From an uncultured virus (IMG/VR IMGVR_UViG_3300028327_000658) (lineage: Duplodnaviria > Heunggongvirae > Uroviricota > Caudoviricetes): 20,000 nucleotides of DNA. The position numbers were made by a program, and so were the translations under genes. The stretch lies in IMG/VR virus record IMGVR_UViG_3300028327_000658, one strand, 5' to 3'. Numbering within the stretch: the first letter of the stretch is position 1; every line of letters begins with the position of its first letter. The notes under the pieces are model-generated. The model did not search any database and was not told the DNA's origin. It saw only the letters and a program-made list of their open reading frames with translations. Positions 1-7,800 of this stretch are shown piece by piece.

Positions 1-3000
1 GATCTAACATATCACGAGACGTGCTGTTATAATCTACCGTGCTATCCGAGGGAAGTTGTTGCAAAGGTTTAAATTTCTTAGCTTCATATTCCTGATTTTT
101 TGCAGAAACGATAGTCGCAAGTCTATCCGCATCTTTAATTAATAATTCATTCGCATCCTTACAATCCCCATATATTTCGGTTTCAAGTTCACAATAAACA
201 TCGTTATCTACCATAAGTTTTACGTACAAATCTACAGCGGATTCATGCCCGGCTATATCATTATCTAACGCGAGAATCAACGGCTGTACCGGCTGCCTGT
301 TATGAACCATATCCACGAATCTATCAATATTGCCGACGCTGCCCAAAGCCACCGCTTCGCCGCCGACAGACATTATACTCAGAGCGTCAATTTCGCCTTC
401 AACAACAAATATCGGCTTATCCGACGTATATAACGCATTGCGGTTAAATACCTGAACTGTCCCAAACTTCCGGTAACGATCAGCCGGAGAAGCGTCAGCC
501 GCAACATTTCGGGCAACAAACGAATCATTCCCCGTAGGAACAACCAATGTTTGCCACATCTTGCTGCCCGTCCCATACTTGAAATAAGGGTCATATCCGA
601 CGTTAAACCGACGTAAAACATCTATGTTAAGACTGCGGGTCTGCGGATAATCCGTATCGCCAAGCCGCTCGGCACACTTCTCAAAATACTTAGCCATCCG
701 TGGAGTAGGCTGAATATTAAACCGGATGCCGTTGTTTTTTGTCGGTAGGGTAGGGGAGACATCCGGCTCCGGTGTCGGTTTTTCTGCCATTTGTTTGCCC
801 GAAAGCAAATCTTTGGCCGCATTTTGCGCTAATTCATCAAAAGTCATATCCCGTACCTGTTCTGGCGCCAATTCATGCACCATAGCTTTACGTTCCTTAT
901 CAAAAAGACGCTCCGAAATCCACTGCCATAGGTCATTAAGACACGCTTTCACCCGCTCGCCGAACGTCTGCCACCGCTCGCCGTCGAATATCGCCTCGCC
1001 ATTGTTGCCTATCGCAAACGCCGCCGCTTCCTCCGCTAATTGTACGTCGTTTAAGTCTTTGTACGCCTCATTATTACGTAAACTTCTGTAAACGTCCGAA
1101 TCCTGCGCGGCCTCTACAAATCTATCGTATAACGGCTTATTATCTCGTTTAACCATATCTAACCACAAATGCCCGTATTCGTGGATCGGCGTATTTGCGT
1201 TCATTTTGTTCGGGTCGAGGTAAATTTTGCTGTCCTCGGTGGCGAAACCGTATACCTCGCCCTTCGGCGTGGACATAAGACGTACGTGCTCCGCAATCTC
1301 TATCGCAGCATCGTCGAAGACCACGTAGTTGCAGCTGCCATCGTGACTGCCATTAGACAGATAGCCGGTCGGGTACTGAATGCCGTCGATACCGGCACGG
1401 AGAAGGAATGCGGAAGCAGCTTTTGGAGAGCCAAGAACCATTGATAATTCATGTTTATAAAGCCACTCGCCGTCCCGCATACCACCGGGGAACATCAGTT
1501 CTCCCGTGGATTCATCACGATAAAACAAACGCTCAAGGCTTTCTTTTGCGGCTTGTTTCATGATTTGCTGAAGCTGACTGGCTGTCGGCGGCTCGTCCCA
1601 CCTGATAAAGTTTAGCTCATCCGCTGTCTTATCACCGTGGATTTTGACTTCATAAAGATTATGAGCAGACGGAGGCATTTCAACCTGGAGGGTCTTGTTA
1701 TCTATAAGCGCAAGCCAATCTTCGTTATTCTCGGAAACAATATAATCTCTTGCCTGTTTAATATCCCCGCTATAAAAACGAATAATATTTGCAAGCTCTC
1801 GTTTAAGAGTACCGCTACTATTATCCACCTCTTCCCCGTCAATAAACACTTGAATAGGTAGAGTAGTACGACTCAATGTCTTCGCGTACCCCTCCGCAAT
1901 CCCTCGCAAATCCGTAAAATATAACCCGAACCCATAAACCAGCGTCCCTTCCCCCGTTCCTATGTGGGCCGTCGAGAATCTGTCAAAAGCATGCGGGCTG
2001 CCATGCCAGACGTTCATGTACCGGGCGGCCGGCTCCTCGCCGAACTCCTCCTCCAGCCGCTTCCGCATCGCCTCCGCGTCCGTGATCACGTCCTTAGCCA
2101 GCCCGGTCTTGCCCAGCCGGTCCAGCAGCTGGCCGAACTCTTTGGGCGGGATCGGGGTAGGGGAGTAGTCTCCAGAAAAAAAATTATTTTTTTTCTTGCT
2201 TTTTTCAGGAAAATTTAGTATATTATTATTAGAGTTTGGCTCTGTTGACACTTTCATTTGATCATGAAAGGTGGACATTGTGGGCCTTTGGTCGAAGCGA
2301 ATATCATCGGATACGGTGATCATAACTTCAGGAGTCAGACTCTTTTTTATTGTTTTTTCTTTACTCCAAGTATAAGCAGTCCATACTTCTAAAGCATTAT
2401 TTTTAATTATCGCATCCACCACATGAAGTGTTCCATCCGCATATTGTTTTGATATGACCAAAGTATCATAACCACCTCGTTTAGTTTTACTTCCTTTCCT
2501 GATATAGTCAGGATGTGCCAAAACATCAGGTATAAGCCCAATATTTTCTAGTGTCATAGGGATTTGACCATCGTTTAACTCCTTTGTAATATCAGATCCA
2601 TGCGTATCATATATGTGCTTTAAACCTTTTAACGTAATTATTTGTTTCGAAATAGATTTACCATAAAATGCGTTAACAGCATCTCTCACCTTGTTAGAAA
2701 TCGGCCCTAGTTCTATCTCATTCTTACCATTTATATTCCGATGAGTTTTCTTTATTATTGTATTCCAAATATTAGATAACCAATTTTTGATTACCTCTGG
2801 TACAGTTGCTCTCGCTTCCTCCATAGTTAATAGGTTCTTTGCATCCGTAGACGTTCCATCACGTCGTGCAAACCTAATATTCTGGCGTTCTACTGCCGAA
2901 ACGTCATAATCAGCACTCGGTGCCCACACAAACCCCGCCCCGGCACGTTTAAGAGACTCTAACTTTGATTTAATATATCGATTAGATGAAGCATTCAACC

Positions 3001-4801
3001 CCCCCTCAAACCATAAATGACCCTTCTCACGGGCCGACACGTAAGACACCTCCCCTTTTCCGGTATCTTTAAACCAAACATTATCCAATACACATAATTT
3101 ATGGCCAGAATGTACCCCGTCCCTTGCTACATCCAACGTTTTATCGTACATCTTTATATCGTTAGTCACAAACGCCACGGCTTCACCTCCATACTCCCGC
3201 ATCTTTTGATAAACATTTTGATAATGCAGTTGAGACTCCGTAAGCGGAACCCAGCCCAAAATGTCGTTAGTCATCGACAATACCAACATTGCGGTTTTCT
3301 TTTCGTTATGAATATATGCCGCACCTAGCTTCGCTATCTCTTGCGGACCGTGCGTACTAACACGAGGATGATTCAAATATAAAGAATTTCCACCGTCATA
3401 ACTCATTTCCTCAACATCCAAATTCGGATGTATAAAAGAAAACTTGTCATGGTCTAATATTATATGTCCCATAAATCTCGTCCATAAATTACCTAAATCT
3501 TGAGCTAATACCGATGTCGCGTGTTTATCCGCATCTGACGGCGTAACATCACCTGACGGATGATTATGCATCACGCAAAATCCTTTTGCATTTAACCTAT
3601 TCATTCGGTCACGTATATTATAAACTCCTCGCGCCGGTGTCTCCGCATCATACACCAAACTTATCCCTGTCAAACCGACTGAAACCATGTTATGACCCGC
3701 TATTGCGGTACATTCCTTGTCCGCAAAGTATATATGATGCGTCTGCTCCAAATGCGGATGACGATACACCGAAAACAACGCCGCTAAATCTTCCGGCGTT
3801 TCAACTATCTGGCCCCTCATATCTATACGCTTGCTAAGCCGCCATTCATCGGCTAAACGGGGCGATAACGAATATATTTCACGATTAACTTCTTCATCTA
3901 TCAATTTTACTCGGTCTGCGCCGCCGAATTTAATATCCATTGCCGCAGCGGACAATCCCATATCTTCTAAAGGCCGACGTTGGTAACGGTCAATATGTTC
4001 TAACGTTTCGTCTACGCTATGACTCGCTAAATAAACCTCATTCTCGCGCCGACCCCAATTTACACGTATTCCTCCTAAATTACGCTCTATCTGAAGCAAA
4101 CGGCTGCGGGCATCCGACGCGGAAACATCCAGCCCGCATAATTGAAATGGATTAGAGCGATCCGCTAAAAACTCATCAATATCAGAATGTCCAGGCATTC
4201 TATATACATTTTTCGGAGCATGGAAGTACGTGTCTATCCCGTAAAGCAGCACTCCGTCCTCCACGTCCACAACATCACGGTACAATCCCGTCAAACGCTC
4301 CTTCGCATCCTCTTTATCTTCTTTCATTACTTTTATAAAACCTATATCCGAAAACGGCGGAACGCTGACCAACTTGCTCAAATTCTGAAACATCATCTCG
4401 CTGTTCACATAACGCTCGCCGTCCGTTTTCAACCGCTGTTTTACATCATTCACGTCAAAACGCTGACACAGCGGCAACCGCGTCAACGCCCAGTTCGCCA
4501 GCCGGTTATTATACGCAAGATTCATCGCCATCATACCGGCGCATAACGGACGATGCGGCCCGCCATGCCGATTAACCCAGTCACACAAACCCGTAACCCC
4601 GCCTTGATCATATATTAGTCCCAAATCTTTGAAAAACAGCTTAAAATTCTTATCCGAATAAAATTTCTGAAACTCCTTCCATGCTTTATCGCCCCAACTG
4701 GAGCCAAAACGACGTGATAACAAGAAAAAATGATCAAACTCCGGCATAGACGGTATGTTTTTGCCGCGATTAAATTCATTCAAACCACGTGTAGCGTCCA
4801 T
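1..4801 (-). CDS. Giant polyvalent protein (at least 1600 aa, 3' end beyond the window): DUF4007-like, RadC/JAB, PBECR3-like RNase, ADP-ribosyltransferase, zincin metallopeptidase and Toprim primase domains
   Basis: Not in the ORF track because there is no stop in the window. ATG at 4801 lies 7 nt after AGGAG (4813-4809) and just after the TGA of the upstream gene. Hand translation is open for 1600 codons (MDATRGLNEF...SRDMLD). The frame was checked at HNHPSG (3568), HIYDTHG (2617), HGSP (2005), HEYGH (1183) and EGEID (400). Confidence 0.93.
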   Translation of the reverse strand, partial: MDATRGLNEFNRGKNIPSMPEFDHFFLLSRRFGSSWGDKAWKEFQKFYSDKNFKLFFKDLGLIYDQGGVTGLCDWVNRHGGPHRPLCAGMMAMNLAYNNRLANWALTRLPLCQRFDVNDVKQRLKTDGERYVNSEMMFQNLSKLVSVPPFSDIGFIKVMKEDKEDAKERLTGLYRDVVDVEDGVLLYGIDTYFHAPKNVYRMPGHSDIDEFLADRSNPFQLCGLDVSASDARSRLLQIERNLGGIRVNWGRRENEVYLASHSVDETLEHIDRYQRRPLEDMGLSAAAMDIKFGGADRVKLIDEEVNREIYSLSPRLADEWRLSKRIDMRGQIVETPEDLAALFSVYRHPHLEQTHHIYFADKECTAIAGHNMVSVGLTGISLVYDAETPARGVYNIRDRMNRLNAKGFCVMHNHPSGDVTPSDADKHATSVLAQDLGNLWTRFMGHIILDHDKFSFIHPNLDVEEMSYDGGNSLYLNHPRVSTHGPQEIAKLGAAYIHNEKKTAMLVLSMTNDILGWVPLTESQLHYQNVYQKMREYGGEAVAFVTNDIKMYDKTLDVARDGVHSGHKLCVLDNVWFKDTGKGEVSYVSAREKGHLWFEGGLNASSNRYIKSKLESLKRAGAGFVWAPSADYDVSAVERQNIRFARRDGTSTDAKNLLTMEEARATVPEVIKNWLSNIWNTIIKKTHRNINGKNEIELGPISNKVRDAVNAFYGKSISKQIITLKGLKHIYDTHGSDITKELNDGQIPMTLENIGLIPDVLAHPDYIRKGSKTKRGGYDTLVISKQYADGTLHVVDAIIKNNALEVWTAYTWSKEKTIKKSLTPEVMITVSDDIRFDQRPTMSTFHDQMKVSTEPNSNNNILNFPEKSKKKNNFFSGDYSPTPIPPKEFGQLLDRLGKTGLAKDVITDAEAMRKRLEEEFGEEPAARYMNVWHGSPHAFDRFSTAHIGTGEGTLVYGFGLYFTDLRGIAEGYAKTLSRTTLPIQVFIDGEEVDNSSGTLKRELANIIRFYSGDIKQARDYIVSENNEDWLALIDNKTLQVEMPPSAHNLYEVKIHGDKTADELNFIRWDEPPTASQLQQIMKQAAKESLERLFYRDESTGELMFPGGMRDGEWLYKHELSMVLGSPKAASAFLLRAGIDGIQYPTGYLSNGSHDGSCNYVVFDDAAIEIAEHVRLMSTPKGEVYGFATEDSKIYLDPNKMNANTPIHEYGHLWLDMVKRDNKPLYDRFVEAAQDSDVYRSLRNNEAYKDLNDVQLAEEAAAFAIGNNGEAIFDGERWQTFGERVKACLNDLWQWISERLFDKERKAMVHELAPEQVRDMTFDELAQNAAKDLLSGKQMAEKPTPEPDVSPTLPTKNNGIRFNIQPTPRMAKYFEKCAERLGDTDYPQTRSLNIDVLRRFNVGYDPYFKYGTGSKMWQTLVVPTGNDSFVARNVAADASPADRYRKFGTVQVFNRNALYTSDKPIFVVEGEIDALSIMSVGGEAVALGSVGNIDRFVDMVHNRQPVQPLILALDNDIAGHESAVDLYVKLMVDNDVYCELETEIYGDCKDANELLIKDADRLATIVSAKNQEYEAKKFKPLQQLPSDSTVDYNSTSRDMLD
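120..700 (-). other. DnaG-like Toprim primase domain of the polyvalent protein
   Basis: RSLNIDVLRRFNVGYD...IFVVEGEIDALSI...LILALDNDIAG...KDANELL carries the Toprim E, DxD and KDxN motifs. Confidence 0.88.
800..1285 (-). other. Zincin-like metallopeptidase domain (polyvalent MPTase type)
   Basis: GEVYGFATEDSKIYLDPNKMNANTPIHEYGHLW...LAEEAAAFAIG: HExxH at 1183-1169 plus downstream EE. Confidence 0.82.
1290..2015 (-). other. ADP-ribosyltransferase-like domain (ART-PolyVal type)
   Basis: VWHGSPHAFDRFSTAHIGTGEGTLVYGFGLYFT...NLYEVKI...ASAFLLRAGIDGIQY...NYVVFDD matches the HGS / GLYF / G.DGI / YVVF pattern of phage polyvalent ARTs. Confidence 0.8.
2196..2224 (+). promoter_or_regulatory. Sigma70-type antisense promoter embedded in the polyvalent CDS
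   Basis: TTGCTT (2196-2201), 17 bp, TATATT (2219-2224), preceded by an A/T-tract UP-like element (2176-2194). Hexamers and spacing are identical to the three intergenic promoters at 12692, 12780 and 12869. Confidence 0.8.
2231..2348 (+). ncRNA. Putative ~113-nt structured antisense RNA inside the polyvalent gene
   Basis: Starts 7 nt after the -10 box. AGAGTTTGGCTC (2231-2242) pairs with GAGTCAGACTCT (2332-2343): 12 bp with 2 G-U, followed by a T-run. Internal hairpins are CTTTCAT-ttgatc-ATGAAAG (2251-2270, extendable) and ATCATCG-GATA-CGGTGAT (2303-2320, GNRA loop), with a weaker GGCC-ttt-GGTC between them. Confidence 0.68.
2365..2745 (-). other. PBECR3-like (phage Barnase/EndoU/Colicin/RelE fold) RNase domain
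   Basis: IELGPIS...IITLKGLKHIYDTHGSDITKELNDGQIPMTLENIGLIPDVLAHPDYI...LVISKQYADGTLHVVDAI...LEVWTAY fits the HI..xHG...E..GQ.p...IP.vl..PD signature. Confidence 0.78.
3060..3860 (-). other. RadC-like JAB/MPN domain followed by a probable degenerate second copy
   Basis: ETPEDLAALFSVYRHPHLEQ...VMHNHPSGDVTPSDAD...FMGHIILD has an intact E...HNHPSG.x.PS.xD metal site (3568). The next segment (GPQEIAKLG...LVLSMTNDILGW) echoes the fold start but lacks HxH. Confidence 0.85.
3990..4801 (-). other. N-terminal DUF4007/SspB-like domain (tentative)
   Basis: NFKLFFKDLGLI...T...GMMAMNLAYN...W...PPFSDIG...VLLYGI...NPFQLCGL...IRVNW...VYL...SVDETL resembles, from memory, the DUF4007 region fused to PAPS-reductase in Ssp/BREX-4 loci. 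Confidence 0.55.
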
Positions 4802-4814
4802 TCCATATCTCCTA

Positions 4815-7800
4815 TCAATTAAACGATATATCGTTATTATTTGACACGCGCTGACTCGGTTTCGCCGCTTCATTGCTATAACTTAGTGTCAGTTCCTTCA
4901 TTCCAAGTTCAAGTTCCCGATTCAACGCATACACCTCAACCCGCGCCTTTACCTCCGCTTCCGGTACAGACAGCTTAACAACTCCGGTCATCTTATCCTC
5001 GCCGTCGCAACGATACACTCCATATATAGGGTTCCCCTTACCCGAACCGTCTCCGCTGTTCAAAATCTTAACACCGTAATCATTAACCTCCAAATCTCCC
5101 AAATCCATATTAATTTCGTTTGTGCCGCAGCCTCTACCTATCAAATTTATATTATCTTTGTCCGCAACCCTCGTTCCTCCATGCATACGGCGGTACTCCA
5201 TAGCATATTCCCCGGTACAATTCATGTTCCAGTCGTACCTCGGCGACCGCTCCAAATGATTAGCCGCGCCGTCATAAACCCGTATCGGCGGAACCCCGGA
5301 TTCCACAGCTTTCGACATCGCCGACTTGCAACTTTCGCTTAAACGTACATTATATACCCCCTCAATCGCTTGAATTGCCTCTCCCGCGTTCCGTACCGCC
5401 TCTTGCGAGCTGACAAACCGCTCGTACAATATGCCGCGCATCATCCCCTTGTCATAATCCAATCGGTCACTCCAAACCCGAACCGTCTGATGGTTTTGGC
5501 ATTCTTCCGTCACATATTCGTCCAAAACATCACACGCCGTCTCGAATTTCTTTGCCACGGCGGTATTATGTTTTCCGGCCAACTCCAGCGCATAGCCCTT
5601 TACCTCATTATATAAATCACCTATCCGCTCCGCTTCTGCCATGTATCCAGGAAAACTAAAACCTTTATGTTCCGACCGAATGTCTTTAACTTCTCCTTCG
5701 TGCCCGGCCAACCCGAACTTTCGTTCAAAATCTCTATACTTCTTAAATTCCTTCTCGCAATCGCAAATAACAGGTTTTACAATATGACGGTTTAATCCGG
5801 CATCTTTACACACCAAGCTGACCATTGCATCATCCACTACCGCGCGTTCATACACAATATCCGACAATCGGCCATAAACCGCCCCACGGCCTTTTAACGT
5901 CAATTCCGCGCTATCAGTTTCTTCCGCAAAAGCCAAATAGCCGCGATCCGCCAACGACTCCAGCATCTCTACAGTTTTATCAATGCTCGCGTAACGCAAT
6001 ACCGTACATGTCCCTTTACCTTCCAGCTCTACTAATACCGCTAACTCCATATCTGACAACGGGTTATCTACGTTAACCTCGATATTATCGCTATCGTCAA
6101 CATCGATACTATCCGCATCTACATCACGTTTTTCGGCAGACGTTTCTAATATCTGTCCAACTTTTTTGTTATCCAAAACAAAAACATCTTTGGCCTCCAC
6201 CCCGTTCATCTCTTTCTCAATACTGTCCCCTAAATCATCCTCAAAGCGGCCGTGTTCCTTAAAATACTCAAAACGGGCATAAAAACGTTGTTCAGCCGCT
6301 TGAATCTCTTCCCGCGTCATATCACGCAAACCGTCCCACGGAAATTCATACTCCGCTCCGTTAAACTTTTTGCCTACATCCCCGCCCAACAATTTCAATA
6401 CCTCTCCTAACTTCACCCGTTTCTCCTGCAATTCCGTTTCTTTCGAAAATCCGCCGCTAAACGACTTACAAAAATCAAGCTCTTTCTGATATTCCTGCAC
6501 ACGTTTCTTGAACACATTTAACGTAGTGTCCGTCCGATCATAAACCATATTATGTATTCGCCGACAAAGCCCGACTTCGTCCGTATCGAGAGCCAGCGGG
6601 TCAGAGTGTACTTCGTGCCCCAACCCGTTGCTTCCCACAGATTTAAAATAATATGAACGATAATAGCTCCCGCCGCTGGCGGCGACCGACTCTAACGAGA
6701 TCCGTGCATTGCCGTATGTGCCCAACTCTATGCTGTTGCTTTCCCGCGACATACTGAATTTTTTCAGCGCATCCTTTATTAACGTCCCGGCTTCCTTGCG
6801 GGCTGACTCCGTCCCCGCGACAACCTTGCCGTCCGCGTCCTTTTTTATCGCGAATTCCTTTCCTAATAGCTTAATATGAAAATTATCGCCGCTCAACGTC
6901 TCCTCGGCCGGACGCAACGAAACATCCGAAGTCAATCTATCCAGTACCGTTTGAGCCTTCTTTATATCATCAGGCAAATTACGCATTCTATCCATAACGC
7001 GAACGCCGTTCTCACGGTGGGTCTTAGCCTGTATCTCCAATTTCCGAACGTCGTCTTTCAACATCACGGAATCCCGCAAAAGCGGATTATTTGTCGATAA
7101 CTCCATCAAAGAGTTATAACGATCCTCGCCGTCGCTTATTTCGTCACCCATATTGTTCAAGTCCATCGTCATTATCTCGGAAATAAAATGCTGCTTCGCT
7201 TTCAACCGCTCCAATAATCCGGTCTCAACAGTATCTTGCGCGATAGCGTGAACTATATTAATGAAATTATTTTCATTGCCGCTACGGATTCCACGGCCGT
7301 TACGTTGCGTCAACTCCGCTGGTTTCCACGGCAAATCCATATGTATGATATTATTCATCCGCTTTTGCGCGTTCACCCCCTCGCCCATAACGGGCGTATT
7401 GCCGACCATTATACGTATCTTTCCTCGATTCAGCTCATCAAACCGCGTCTGGCGGTCCTCCGTCTTTTCGTCCCGGATAAGGCATATCGCTTCGGGCGGC
7501 ACACCCAGCCCCGCCAATCGGCTGCGCAGCTCAGCCAAACCGTCAAAAATCACCTCTTTCTTCATATTAGTGTACTCGCCGGTTTCTTCGTCCCACTTAG
7601 ATTTCTCCGTCAGAACTTCTTTTGTCGCGCAAGGTTGATCCCAAAACACCAATGATGTCAAACGCTTCTCCATTGCTTCAGGCTTAAAATACTCCTCGGC
7701 AAGATACTTCGCAACCAAACCGATCTTTGTATTGTCGCCGACAGACAGGTTTTCATTGATCAATCGAGGGTCAACCGCCATCTTACGGCCGTCGCCGATT

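Noticed and set aside
2170..2230. Frameshift or gene break at the poly-A/T tracts
   Set aside because: Motifs on both sides (2617 and 2005) are in the same frame as the ATG at 4801, with no stop between them.
2231..2348. Canonical tRNA gene
   Set aside because: The closing stem is 12 bp or more, there is no GTTC T-loop in a 5-bp arm, no 7-nt anticodon arm and no CCA. Kept as an unclassified structured RNA.
2332..2348. Simple local terminator GAGTC-A-GACTC plus T-run
   Set aside because: A 1-nt loop is not feasible, and shorter local stems are weaker than the long-range pairing with 2231-2242.
379..4546. Short track ORFs on both strands in the left 4.8 kb
   Set aside because: They are shadows of the uninterrupted minus-strand polyvalent frame and have no recognisable motifs.
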